NCBI GenBank assembly: GCA_951406725.2
Contig: OX597835.1
Span: forward strand, 37,820,001-37,884,000
DNA: 64,000 nt
Direction of reading: 5' to 3'
DNA from: Octopus vulgaris
Taxonomy: Eukaryota
Made by a program: the position numbers and the translations under genes. Of this stretch, positions 24,140 through 38,046 are shown piece by piece. Under the pieces are notes generated by a model. That model saw only the letters and a list, made by a program, of their open reading frames with translations, was not told the origin of the DNA and ran no database searches. The stretch's first letter is position 1, and each line of letters starts with the position of its first letter.

Positions 24140-24975
24140 TTGTGGGGGCACATGGCTTAGTAGTTAGGGTGTTGGACTCATGAGCATAAGATTGTGGTGT
24201 TATTTCCTTGGTGGGGGGCACATTGTGTTCTTGAGCAAAATTCTTCATTTTACTTTGCTCCAGTCTACTAAATTGGCAAAAATGAATAATCCTGTAATAA
24301 CAGACCAGCGTCCCGTCCAGGTGGGGAATATCTATGCCATGAAACTAGGAAACTGGCCCTTATGACTCGGGAAGGACCTTTGTGGGCGGAGAGCTGGCAG
24401 AATTGTTAGCCCACCAGGATAAAATGCTTGGCAGCATTTCATCCATCTCTATGTTCAAATTCCACTGAAGTCAACTTTGTCAGTCATTTTGTGGAGGCAC
24501 ATGGCTCAGTGGTTAGGGTGTTGGACTCATGATTGTAAGATTGTGGCTTCGATTCCTGGACTGGGCAATGTGTTTTCTTCTTGAGCAAGTCACTTCATTT
24601 TACATTGCTCAGGTCCACTCAGCTGGCAAAAGTGAGTAATCTTGTGATGGACTGACATCACATCCAGGTGGGGGAATATATGCCATGAAACCAGGAAATT
24701 GGCCCTTGTGGGTCAGCATGACTAAAGAAGGTAACTTTACCTTTTTTGTGGAGGTACATGGTTTAGTGGTTAGGGTGTTGAACTCATGATCATAAGATTG
24801 TGGTTTCGATTCCTGGACCAGGAACTTAGCGGTTCGGCAAAAGAGACCGATAGAGTAAGTACTAGGCTTACAACGAATAAGTCCCGGGGTCGAGTTGCTC
24901 GACTAAAGGCGGTGCTCCAGCATGGCCGCAGTCAAATGACTGAAACAAATAAAAGAGTAAAAGAGAAAAAGAGTA
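24140..24975 (+). mobile_element. Cluster of same-orientation SINE pieces (three CORE-like, one family C head, one family A tail)
   Basis: Heads tgtggaggcacatggcttagtggttagggtgttggactc at about 24142, 24490 and 24748; family C head at about 24385; family A 3' half at 24822-24975. Confidence 0.75.
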
Positions 24976-25014
24976 CATAATATTAACAATATTCCTAACA
25001 AAATAAGATTAACT

Positions 25015-25400
25015 GGAGGCGCAATGGCCCAGTGGTTAGGGCAGCGGACTCGCGGTCATAGGATCGTGGTTTCGATTCCCAGACCGGGCGTTGTGAGTGT
25101 TTATTGAGCGAAAACACCTAAAAGCTCCACAAGGCTCCGGCAGGGGATGGTGGTGATCCCTGCTGTACTCTTTCACCACAACTTTCTCTCACTCTTACTT
25201 CCTGTTTCTGTTGTACCTGTATTTCAAAGGGCCGGCCTCATCACTCTCTGTGTCACGCTGAATATCCCTGAGAACTACGTTAAGGGTACACGTGTCTGTG
25301 GAGTGCTCAGCCACTTACACGTTAATTTCACGAGCAGGCTGTTCCATTGATTCCGATCAACCAGAACCCTCATCGTCGTAACCGACGGAGTGCTTTCCAC
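25015..25400 (+). mobile_element. SINE family D, full length, young
   Basis: CpG-rich tRNA head ggaggcgcaatggcccagtggttagggcagcggactcgcgg...gtttcgattccc. 10-bp TSD aagattaact at 25005-25014 and 25401-25410. Confidence 0.9.
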
Positions 25401-25669
25401 AAGATTAACTAATTACAAGGTTAGAAAGTTGAAATTAGAGACATCATAATAATTATAGTTTGAAATGTTTAATTACAAATATCATAGAAATAACATTCTC
25501 ATGACAAGAAGTTTCCTGTTCATTTTGCGTTGCTCCAGTCCACACAGGTGGCAGAAATGAGTTATCCTGTGACGGAGCAGCATCCCATCCAGGTTGGGAA
25601 TTTATAAGCCATGGAAATCGGGAAACTGGCCCTTATGAGTCTGCATGCCTGAAGATTGGAGAACTACAG

Positions 25670-26040
25670 ATACAGACGTGGCTGTATGGTAAGTATTTTG
25701 CATCCCTACCACAAGGTTCTGGGTTCAGTTCTACTGTGTGGCACCTTAGGCAAGAATCTCCTACTATAACCCCAGATCAACCAAAGCCTTGTGGGTGGAT
25801 TTGAAAGATGGAAACGGAGAGAAGCCTGGCATATATGTATGTGTGTGTCATTATGTTTATTCCTCATCACCACTTGATATTTGTTGTTGGTTTGTTTGCA
25901 TCGCTGTAACCTAGCAGTTCAGCAAAAGGGACTGATCAAATAAGTACCAAGCTTTTTTAAAAATTACATATTGGGGTTGATTTGTTGGCTATAATACCCT
26001 TCAAAAGAGAATCCCAGAATGGCGGCAATCCAACGACAGC
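25670..26040 (+). mobile_element. SINE family A, diverged
   Basis: Collinear with 4532-4940. Confidence 0.75.
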
Positions 26041-26171
26041 CAAATAACAGACAGGAGCTAGTGGTGCTCTTCTGCTCGGATCTGCAGAGTTCCTTGATTA
26101 GCACTAGTTGGAGGGTACGCCATATCAGGAGGGCTGCATCATCCTTGAATTCACATCATCATCATTTACTG

Positions 26172-26372
26172 TCTGAGCTGGCAGAATCATTAGCATGCTG
26201 GACGAAATGCTTAGTTGTATTTCACCCATTGCTATGTTCTGAGTTCAAATTCCACTGGCGTTGACTTTGCTTTTTATCCTTTTGGGGGTCAATAAATTAA
26301 ATGCCAGGGGTTGATGTAATTAACTAGTCCCCTCCTACCAAACATCAGGCCTTGTGCCTTTTGTAGAAAGGA
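26172..26372 (+). mobile_element. SINE family C, diverged
   Basis: gagctggcagaatcattagca...gagttcaaattcc...gactttgc, homologous to 31301-31530. Confidence 0.75.
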
Positions 26373-26408
26373 TTATTATCATCATCATCATCATCATCGT
26401 CATCATCA

Positions 26409-26412
<4 letters not shown>

Positions 26413-26470
<58 letters not shown>

Positions 26471-26670
26471 TAAGATGTCGCACAGTATCCAATATCACGA
26501 TGTTGTTGATTGGAGATATTGTGTCTCCTGGGGGGTTTGTACTGTTTGTAAAGTCACAACGAGGTCCTCGGATAGACAGTACTTTATGCAATATGGGTGC
26601 AGTTCCAAGTAATGCCAATATTTGCAATACACCTAGATCATAGGATATTCCTAAAGTTTCCAGATGTTTT
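26413..26670 (-). mobile_element. 3' end of an RLE-type non-LTR retrotransposon (R4/Dong-like)
   Basis: KHLETLGI....GVLQILALLGTAPILHKVL, then a UTR and a long (TAA)n. Confidence 0.65.
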
Positions 26671-26682
26671 ATCATCATCATC

Positions 26683-26689
<7 letters not shown>

Positions 26690-26748
<59 letters not shown>

Positions 26749-27030
26749 GTTATTCATATACACACAACAGATTAGACTGTTGGAAAAGAAAAATTCAGGC
26801 TACAACAAATAACCATAGATGGCAAGAACTCTAACCCTCCTAAGTATCCTTGCTATCCCTAATAAAACTGTTTTCTGGAGCTGTACTAAACTGGGTTTTA
26901 TGCCTATTTCCTCTATCCATCTGTTCAAATCTTTAGGGATAGTTCCCAATGCACCTATAACTACTGGGATACATTTTACCCACACTTTCCATAGTCTCTG
27001 TAATTAAATGGCTAGGTCCTGGTACTATTT
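26690..27030 (-). mobile_element. 3' end of a second RLE-type non-LTR retrotransposon (R4/Dong-like)
   Basis: KYQDLA..LQRLW....IPVVIGALGTIPK.L......IGI.....QLQKTVLLGIARILRRV, then (TAA)n. Confidence 0.8.
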
Positions 27031-27062
27031 TTTTCTCTATCTGTCATATTGATTTTTTTTTA

Positions 27063-27420
27063 TGTGCCACCGGAATGGATGCCAGTCAGATGGCACTGGC
27101 ATCGGCCACAACTACGATTTCACTAGGTTCAACAGGTGTTCACAAGTACACCATATCACCCAATGATTACAGGGTGCTTTTAAACAAGCAAGTTATGAGA
27201 CACTGGAATTGGCCTCAGCTACAATCTCACTTGGCTTGCTGGGTCTTCTCAAGCACAGTATATCTTCAAAGGTCTCAGTCGTTTGTCATTGCCTCTGTGA
27301 GGCCCAGTGTTTGATGGTCATGCTTTACCACCTTATCCCATGTCTTCCTGCATTTACCTCTTCCATAGGTTCCCTCGATTGTGAGGGTGTGACACTTCTT
27401 CACACAGCTGTCCTCCTCTA
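27063..27420 (-). mobile_element. RTE LINE fragment (ORF2 end plus part of 3' UTR)
   Basis: [26 protein letters not shown], homologous to about 32720-33195. Confidence 0.8.
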
Positions 27421-27433
27421 TATGCATATATAC

Positions 27434-27465
<32 letters not shown>

Positions 27466-27480
27466 ACACACACACACATA

Positions 27481-27523
<43 letters not shown>

Positions 27524-27573
27524 GTGTGTATATACATATATATATATTTATATATATGCACATATATATATAT

Positions 27574-27845
27574 AGCATCGCCTGGCCCCGTGCCGGTGAC
27601 ACGTAAAAGCACCATCCATTCGTGGCCGTTCGCCAGCTCTGTCTGGCACCTGTGCAGGTGGCACGTAAAAAACACCCACTACACTCGCAGAGTGGTTGGC
27701 GTTAGGAAGGGCATCCAGCCGTAGAAACACTGCCAGATCTGACTGGGCCTGACGAAGCCTTCCAGCTTCACAGACCCCAGTTGACCCGTCCAACCCATGC
27801 TAGCATGGAAAGCGGACGCTAAACGATGATGATGATGATGATGAT
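27574..27845 (+). mobile_element. RTE LINE 3' UTR with (GAT)n tail
   Basis: Homologous to about 33165-33438. Confidence 0.85.
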
Positions 27846-27985
27846 ATACTTACATACATACACACGTGTATACACACACACACACACATATATGTACACA
27901 TACATATATATACATATGTATATAGATCTCTATATATATGTGCACACACACACACATATATATATGCATATATGTACTATATATG

Positions 27986-28023
<38 letters not shown>

Positions 28024-28074
28024 TATAGATATATATGTATATACATATATATATACAAACACACACATTTGATT

Positions 28075-28110
<36 letters not shown>

Positions 28111-28346
28111 TATATATGGACGTATACATATGTATGTGTGTGTTGTAATTTGAGAGACACACCCGTATGCTGTCTGTGTTTCGCTGCTTTCCTTTTTTTA
28201 TTAGAGTCAACTAGTTAACTAATTAACCAGTTAACTAATCAATTGTCTGATTAATCTTTTGATCAGTCAATCAATTGATTGATCAAGTAATTGCTTAATT
28301 ATTTAAATGGTTCACTAATAATTGTAAAAAACCAAGTGAAATAGAA

Positions 28347-28402
<56 letters not shown>

Positions 28403-28516
28403 GGGTGGTGGGGTGGGGTGGGGCTACTTACTGGCAGAAAAGATTTGCAATAACGACAAGGGTTTCAGGCAAAGTATTTCATGTCCAGAATCTAGTCAGA
28501 GAAAAATTAAATAGAT

Positions 28517-28547
<31 letters not shown>

Positions 28548-28711
28548 CATATGGCTTTTTATGTCTTCCTCCCTCCCTCCCTTTCTCTCCCTCTCTCTCT
28601 CTCTCTATCCATCTGTCTTTCTACCTACCTACACACTCCCTGCCACATATGTATCTCTCTGACTCTCTCTCTCTCATTTGTAAATAATCAAATTTATAAA
28701 TCATGAGATCG

Positions 28712-28743
<32 letters not shown>

Positions 28744-29771
28744 TATCATCATCATCAATGTTGTTGCTGTTGTCCTCTTCAATATCATGATCAACAGTAA
28801 CAAAACCATCATCATCATCAACATCATCACCACCTCCGCCGCCGCCGCCACAACCACCGCCACCACCACTACCACCACCACCACCACCACCATAATCATC
28901 AGTATTTTCCATCCACTTTCCTATACTGACAAGGCTTGGTCAGTTTCCACGATGCAATGTTTTCCAACTGAATGACCCATTTCTCATACCAGTCCACCAT
29001 GGTAAGTCCTCTGTTATGTCATGCAGGCAGACACATGGTACTTCGATTCCAGAGGTGGGGTACACCAGGAAATGCAATGAAGACAGTGAAATAATATCTG
29101 CATCAAGAAGCAAGTAGTTTGCTTCCCAATCCGGCCTAATGACTAGGACAATTAAAAAAATAAAAGCAGAGACACAATATTAACAATATTCCAAACAAAA
29201 TAAGATTAACGAATTACAAGGTTAGAAAGTTGAAATTAGAGACATCATAATAATTATAGTTTGAAATGTTTAATTTCAAATATCATAGAAATAACATTCT
29301 CACGACAAGAAGTCTCCTGTTCCTAGTTGGCATGTTGTAGTAGTCGAACCAGCGTGTGGCCATCATCAGAGGAGTGAACAAAAGAGGGAGAGGCAATAAG
29401 GTGACTTCCTGAGTGCAAACGTACTCAAAGAACATATAAGATATCATGCAGGGAGCAGGAACAAGTTAAAATTCAAATAATGTCATCGTGAAAAGGAATT
29501 GCTAAGAGAGATGAAAACCTCTGAATGTGATCATAATGTAAACACACACACACACACATATATATATATATGTATATGTATATATAGGTATGCATGTGTA
29601 CATACATTTGTACATGAAAACACACACACACACACACACACACATACACATATGCACTTAGGTGTACATTGCAGAGACACACACATATATATGTATATAC
29701 AGGTATATATATATGTGCATACATTATGTAAATTATACGTGTGTGTGTGTGTATGTGTGTGTGTCTGTGTG

Positions 29772-29827
<56 letters not shown>

Positions 29828-29884
29828 CATACATGCATATACATATATATACATATATGTACATATGTATATATATATGAACAG

Positions 29885-29922
<38 letters not shown>

Positions 29923-30026
29923 GTGCATACATATATGTAAATTATTCATGTGTGTGTGTATGTATATATATTATATATATATATAAATAAACATACATGC
30001 ATATACATATAAATACATAAATGTAC

Positions 30027-30091
<65 letters not shown>

Positions 30092-30413
30092 CATGCATAT
30101 GTATATATAATACATATACATGTTTGTATACTCACACACAGAGCAGCACGGAATAGTCCAAGTCATTTTATCAGAAACAAATTAAACACCAACAGAAGAG
30201 CTGAATGGTAACCGAGACGATCACGTTTCCATTGTTATGAAATGCAACATTGTTTAGAATTCTAATGAACGGACACAGATGCCGAGACACACACACACAC
30301 AAATATATATATATATATATACAGGCAGAAAAAACATAAATATATTACATGGACATATGCAAATATATACATACATACATACATACTTACATACTTACAT
30401 ACACACACACATG

Positions 30414-30449
<36 letters not shown>

Positions 30450-30981
30450 CACATGTATGAAAATATATAGATATATATGCATAAATATACATACATACAT
30501 ACATACAAATGCACAAACATATAGATATATATGTGTGTGTATCTGTATATATATATGCATACATATAAACATATATGTATGCATGTATTTGTGTATATAT
30601 ATGCACATGCAAACACAGACAAAAATATGTAATATATTCATTTACATATACAAATGCATATTACATATATGCATATATATGTGTGTGTGTGTGTGTGTGC
30701 GTGTGTGTGTGTGTTTGTGTGTGTTCGTGCATGTGTGTATGTATTGACAAAACATAATTATGTTCATTTTCATATAATACACACTCCACATAGTACAGTA
30801 ATTGTTTCTCTAAATGTGATTATACGAGGAAAAATATGTGCTGTTTTCTGTTGTCTTTTAAAAGTTCTGCTGCAAAATACTCAGATGTTGTTACATTAGG
30901 CCTTCCTTCCTTCCTTCCTTCCTTTTCCTGTTACCTATATATCCAAACCCAAATACACATTTATGCGAGTATACAAACATA

Positions 30982-32018
30982 CAAGGTAGTTTTAAAATGT
31001 TTCTGGACTGGTTTTGTAGCGCACCAGCAGATGGCAGCCTATGGCTGCATGTCTAGTGAGAGCTAGCAGTGACCTTTATTGGGGCAGTGTGTTGAGTGAC
31101 GTTGCTGTGTTTAATTCACAAGTTGTGAAATTTTTGTTTTTTGTGATCACATGTATGCTATAGTCTGTGACTTTTGTCATGGACAGGAACAAAAAAAAAA
31201 CCAAGAAATTTTATGTTAAACTCTGAAAGTCTGCTACAGAGACATTGAGAATGCTTCAGCAAGTTTATGGAGATGAGTCAATAGGTTGTACACAATGTTT
31301 AAGGCGGTGAGCTGGCAGAAACGTTAGCACGCCGGGCAAAATGTTTAGTGGTATTTCGTCTGCTGTTACATTGTGAGTTCAAATTCCGCCGAGGCCAACT
31401 TTGCCTTTCATCCTTTTGGGGTCGATAAATTAAGTACCAGTTACGCACTGGGGTTGATGTAATCGACTTAATACCTATGTATGTCCTTGTTTGTTCCCTC
31501 TATGTTTAGCCCCTTGTGGGTAATAAAAACATAGGTTGTACACAATGTTTCGAGTGGCACAGGCACTTCGAAAGTGGAAGAACATCCCTGGAAGATGATG
31601 AGCAGTCAGCAAAATCTGCCTCGAGTGTTACCTTTGGAAATGTGGTATTGTGCATCAAGAATTCGTCCCCTAGAACCAGACATTCTACTGAGATGTTTGA
31701 AGCATTTCAGGAAAGACATTCGGCAAAAGCAATAGGATCTGTGGAGTGCAAAGTATCGGATTCATCATGACGACAATGTATCCTGTCACTGATCTTCTCA
31801 ATTTGTTTCTCACCCAAAAGCAACATGGTTTTCCTTTCTGCACCCACCCTCTTCGCCAGATTTAGTTGATTTCCATCTCTTCCCCATGGTGAAAAGGCTG
31901 GGACCAATGTCTTGACGCACAAAGTGACTATTTGAAAGGAGGTAATGTTAAAACTTAGGTAAATAAGATATTTTTTTATTAAACATAATTAGTCTGGGAA
32001 CCTTTTGATACCACTTCA
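30982..32018 (+). mobile_element. Internally deleted mariner element
   Basis: Decayed TIRs with TA at both ends. N-terminal HTH KSATETLRMLQQVYGDES...FEWHRHFESGRTSLEDDE is split by a SINE. Confidence 0.8.
31301..31530 (+). mobile_element. SINE family C, full length
   Basis: Perfect 20-bp flanking duplication ataggttgtacacaatgttt at 31281-31300 and 31531-31550. Confidence 0.9.
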
Positions 32019-32047
32019 TATACATGCATATATACATATATACATAC

Positions 32048-32124
<77 letters not shown>

Positions 32125-32281
32125 ATAGATGAGTGTATTTTTACCTTGTTAACAATTAAAACAGAAAAAAAAAATAAATAGTTACCAGGGTAGCAAAAAT
32201 CTCACAAGTAAAGAGGTTGTAACTCCTTGTTTATAAAGGTAGAAACTTCGTGTTTACGTGGAATTTTTTCTATAATATATG

Positions 32282-32360
32282 AATAAATAAATGGAGTTTA
32301 ACGAGGTGTAAATCAAATATTTTTTGATTTACACCTGCGTTAAACTCCATTTATTTATTC
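32282..32360. repeat. Hairpin, ~36-bp arms
   Basis: aataaataaatggagtttaacgaggtgtaaatcaaa pairs with tttgatttacacctgcgttaaactccatttatttatt. Confidence 0.8.
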
Positions 32361-32372
32361 ATATATATATAT

Positions 32373-33435
32373 GGTGGGTGTGCTGAAAGTGTAACGGCTA
32401 GAGTAAGAATAGCCTGGGCAAAGTTTAGGGAGCTCTTACCTCTGCTGGTGACTAAAGGCCTCTCGCTCAGAGTAAAAGGCACACTGTATGATGCATGTGT
32501 ACGAACAGCCATGCTACATGGCAGTGAAACATGGGCCGTGACTGCTGAGGACATGCGTAAGCTCGCGAGGAATAAAGCCAGTATGCTCCGATGGATGTGT
32601 AATGTCAGTGTGCATGCTCGACAGAGCGTTAGTACCCTGAGAGAAATCTTGGACCTAAGGAGCATCAGTTGTGGTGTGCAAGAGAGACGATTGCGCTTGT
32701 ATGGTCATGTGGCGAGAATGGATGAAGATAGGTGTGTGAAAAAGTGCCAATCCCTAACAGTGGAGGGAACCCGTGGAAGAGGTAGACCCAGGAAAACTGG
32801 GATGAGGTGGTGAAGCACGACCTTCGAACTTTAGGTCTCACTGAGGAAATGACCAGCGACCGAGACCTTTGGAAATATGCTGTGCGTGAAAAGACCAGGC
32901 AGGACAAGTGAGTCCAGCCCACTTATGCATGCCTTTCCTCCCTTGGACACACAAAGACCTGTTGAGGCAAGCGAAGTCGATATCGAACCTCATCCGACGA
33001 CAGGCACCTATGCCTACCCCTCTTTGCTTGCGAAGACCTGTTGGGGCAAGTGAAATCGGAATCGAAATTGAACCAATCCTATGACTGGCACCCGGCAGAT
33101 GCCAGGAACCCTGGACTGGAGATACGTAAAAAGCACTATCCGAATTGTGGCCGATGCCAGTGCCGCCTCAACTGGCTTCCGTGCAGGTGGCACGTAAAAT
33201 GCACCAATCCGACCGTGGCCGATGCCAGCCTCGCATGGCACCAGTGCAGGTGGCACGTAAAAAGCACTTACTACACTCACGGAGTGGTTGGTGTTAGGAA
33301 GGGCATCCAGCTGTAGAAACATTGCCAGATAAGACCGGAGCCTGGTGCAGCCTTCTGGCTTCCCAGATCCCCGGTCGAACCGTCCAACCCATGCTAGCAT
33401 GGAGAACGGACGTTAAACGATGATGATGATGATGA

Positions 33436-33438
<3 letters not shown>
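32373..33438 (+). mobile_element. 5'-truncated RTE-clade LINE, longest copy of the dominant family
   Basis: RVRIAWAKFRELLPLL...LYDACVRTAMLHGSETW...MLRWMC...GHVARM...EGTRGRGRPRKT, a repetitive 3' UTR and a (GAT)n tail. (TA)n on both sides. Confidence 0.9.
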
Positions 33439-33516
<78 letters not shown>

Positions 33517-33520
<4 letters not shown>

Positions 33521-33720
33521 GTGGTGAATAAATAGTTGTCTGAATTACGCAAAAATGAAAATAACACTGACGACTCATTTTTACAGATATATTTATCAAA
33601 ATTACATAATCATATCTTGAAATACTAAAGAGTAAATTTATTCAATAAAATCGCCATTAGCTTCACCCACGGCCTCCTGACGACTTTGGAATCTCCTGCA
33701 ACTCTTCTGGACAGTCTCCT
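33517..33720 (-). mobile_element. Tc1/mariner-superfamily 3' relic
   Basis: ETVQKSCRRFQSRQEAVGEANGDFIE-stop followed by a TIR-like end at (TA)n. Confidence 0.6.
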
Positions 33721-34087
33721 AATGCCAACCACTCCGAGATTGTAGTGGGTGCTTTTACATGCCATATATATATATATACACACACACAGACATACACACA
33801 TACATATGCATATAAATATATTTATGTATCTATATGCATATATTCACACAGATATATATTCAGAAATATAAGTAGGCTTATACATGTATGTTGTGAGTGT
33901 GTGTGTGTGTGCATGAACAATGGAATAAATACTGTGGTCAATGTAATTGACCATAAACTCCAGAACGCTTTGGTCACTGCGTTTCTGCAATTCCAGTGCA
34001 GCCTTGAACCAATAACAGCAGAATAAACAAATACATGAAACAAATGTATATAACATCCAAATACATATACATACATTATACATACAT

Positions 34088-34128
<41 letters not shown>

Positions 34129-34146
34129 CACACACATATATATACT

Positions 34147-34180
<34 letters not shown>

Positions 34181-34304
34181 CATATATACACTTACATATA
34201 TACTCACACACACACACACACATATATATACATATATACACTTACATATATACTCACATACACACACACATATATATATACATATATACACGTACATATA
34301 TACT

Positions 34305-34368
<64 letters not shown>

Positions 34369-35035
34369 TACACGTACATATATACTCACACCCACACACA
34401 CACATATATACATATAGATACTTACATATATATACATACACACACATAGATATATTGTCAGTAACACTTTTCCAGGAGCTGGGCATAGGTCGACAACAAG
34501 AAAGCGTTTGAGCGTTTCATCTCGTTTGACAAAGAACAGAATTGACGGACAAATAGCCGAGACCACTCTCTTATTTCTTCGCAAACAATCACGATCTGCC
34601 ATCAACATAACCATCCGCATTTCATGACGAGAATATACATCGAATTAAACACCAAGTGTAAAGCCTGATGCGTAAATCGTGCAACAATCGTTAGATTTGG
34701 TGCACTGTACATTAGTGCTATTGCACATTAGTGTGCTGGTGCACTTGTATAGCATTAAGCATTAGTAGAAGCTACAAGCTGCAATTACTTGGGTGGTGGG
34801 GTATGTTATTTAGAAGGTTTGAAGTTTCATGAAGTACAAATTGTATTTTATTAGCAACTTACATTTCAGACCTCAATTATGCACTTACTAGCTTATTGAT
34901 TTCAGGTTTTCATCAGACTCTCTTCCATCTGCCTGTTTATCTATGGATACGTTTATCTGTCTCTATTTATTTCTGTTTGCCTACTTAATTATATTTCTAA
35001 CCATCCAACCATCCATTCATTTATCTCTCACTTTC

Positions 35036-35071
<36 letters not shown>

Positions 35072-35075
35072 TCTG

Positions 35076-35176
<101 letters not shown>

Positions 35177-35263
35177 TTTTTTTTTTTTAAACCTTCAAAA
35201 GAAAAGCTCTACCTTGTAATTTGTTCTATCTGTGTGCAGCCCTGTGTGGCTAATAAAGAAACA

Positions 35264-35384
<121 letters not shown>

Positions 35385-35570
35385 GTCTATCTATCTGTCT
35401 ATTGCCCATCTGTCAGTCTGTGTTTATCTGTCTGTCAATACAAATATACACACACATGCACACATATACATACACACACACACACCTGTGTGTGTATATC
35501 TATGTACCCTTATGTTGAGCTATGTCTATTATCAATATCCATATTGTCAATTCACACAAAATCATTTCCA

Positions 35571-35610
<40 letters not shown>

Positions 35611-35792
35611 AACATCACTGTGTGTGTGTGCATGTGTATATATATATATATATGTGTATATATATACATATATATATAAACATGCACACACATGTATATA
35701 CATATATATATGCATACATCTATATATATATTTGTATATATATCTGAATACATATATATATACACACACATATATGCATATGTGTGTGTGTA

Positions 35793-35829
<37 letters not shown>

Positions 35830-36486
35830 ATGTAAATATTTACAGTATATAACATACACGTCTATACATATGTATGCTTATGCATATAGATTTATGTATA
35901 TATTTATGCATGTATGTATGTATGTGTATATGTGTATATATATATGTGTGTGTTTTTATATGTATATATATATATATGTTGCATATGTATTAATTCATAT
36001 GCACACTTGTATGTTTGAGTGCGTGTGCATGTGCACGAGGAGGCACATATATTTGCGAAAAGGAACACGTATGCAGTAAAATATACATCCACATGCATAC
36101 ACATAATTACACACACACACACAAATACGCATACACACACACACACACACACACAAATACACATAGATACACACACAAATATATGAATGGATGCAAAAAA
36201 AGAAAAAAAAAATTCCATATTCAGCTAAAAGCTTTTCAAAATTAAAATTAATATACATTTTATTTAAATGCTGAAAAATTGAAAGAAGCTTACTTATTAA
36301 GTTAATTGTGAGGGAGGGTTTGATTTCTGTGTATATGTGTGTGCATACATATATACATACATGATCACACACATATATATATGTGCATGTGTGTGCGTAT
36401 CTGTATACATATACATATATTTATATTTATTATTTATTCATATAATAGGTTTATGTATACATGTATATTTATATATACACACACAT

Positions 36487-36530
<44 letters not shown>

Positions 36531-36776
36531 GTATACATAAACCTACTATATGGAATATATAATAAATATAAATATGTATATGTATGCGGATATGCACATG
36601 CACACACAAACACACACACATATGTGTGCATGTCTACATATATATGTGTGTGTATCCATTTTTCAATCCACACATGTATATATGTTCATGCATGCATATA
36701 CATTCATATATATATGTGTGTATGAATGTATGTATGTATGTATGTATGTATGTATGTATGTATGTATGTATGTATG

Positions 36777-36819
<43 letters not shown>

Positions 36820-36822
<3 letters not shown>

Positions 36823-37165
36823 CAAAATAAGCAACAAGGATATCCAGAGGTAATGCAGTATGATCGTTTCAAGCAACTCCATTTGATTGAACAATGCACT
36901 CATTACATCAATTTAAAATGCAGAGCAATCTTCAGGTGCACAATTTCTATGTCTTTGTGCAGCTGAAGATTGCTCTGCATTTTAAATTGATGTCATGATT
37001 GCATTGTTCAATTAAATGGAGTTGCATGAAACAATTGTACTGCATTACCTATGGATATCCTTGTTGCTTACTTTGATTTTAATCACCTTACTTTGAAATT
37101 GTATGGATAAAACCGTACTAAATTATGGTGCCTCAACTTCAGTACAATATTCATCTGAATCTATA
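36820..37165. mobile_element. Fold-back HHR element (arms 36820-36943 and 36955-37078)
   Basis: ~124-bp imperfect inverted repeat. Right arm reads tgcag-CTGAAGA-long stem II-GAAA-caattg-TA-ctgca. Flank is homologous to 54105-54235. Confidence 0.75.
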
Positions 37166-37293
37166 CATATATATATATATATATATATAATTAATCAATA
37201 TAGGGTGGCAAAAAAAATTTTGTAGAATTCTTTTGCCACCAGCGGCCTAGTAGGAAAAAAATTAAATAGTCATAGACCATTTTTAAGTTCAAC

Positions 37294-37529
37294 ATCAAAC
37301 AATCAAGGAACGGCCATAATAGGCCGTTCACCCACTAGAAATAACAGCCAAAGCATTCAACCGCAAATAAAAGTTAATTCTGTAAACCAGGAGAAAATTT
37401 AAAAATTTACAGGGTAAATGTTTTTTAAATTTTCTCCTGGTTTACAGAATTAACTTTTATTTGCGGTTGAATGCTTTGGCTGTTATTTCTAGTGGGTGAA
37501 CGGCCTATTATGGCCGTTCCTTGATTGTT

Positions 37530-37533
<4 letters not shown>
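37294..37533. repeat. Perfect inverted repeat, 112-bp arms, 16-bp spacer
   Basis: 37294-37405 is the exact reverse complement of 37422-37533 when checked by eye. Confidence 0.9.
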
Positions 37534-37574
<41 letters not shown>

Positions 37575-37793
37575 CACATATATATATACATGCATATATA
37601 TGCATACATACACACACACATGTATACGACAGGTTTCTTTCAGTTTCCATTTATCAAATTCATTTCCAAGCCTTTGGTCATCTTGAGAAAAGACACTTGC
37701 TCAAGTTGCCATGCAGTGGGACTGAACTGAGAACCATGTGGTTGGGAAGCAAGCATCATACCGCATAGCCACACCTATGCCTGTGTGTGTATG

Positions 37794-37857
<64 letters not shown>

Positions 37858-37883
37858 TGTATGTTTATGTATGTATGTATATA

Positions 37884-38036
<153 letters not shown>

Positions 38037-38046
38037 TATATTTATA

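Noticed and set aside
25015-25090. Possible tRNA gene
   Set aside because: It is the head of a TSD-flanked SINE. The acceptor stem is incomplete and the sequence continues into the SINE body.
34455-34700. CpG-rich unique segment next to a TA/CA tract
   Set aside because: Probably a transposon fragment, but I could not identify any motif.
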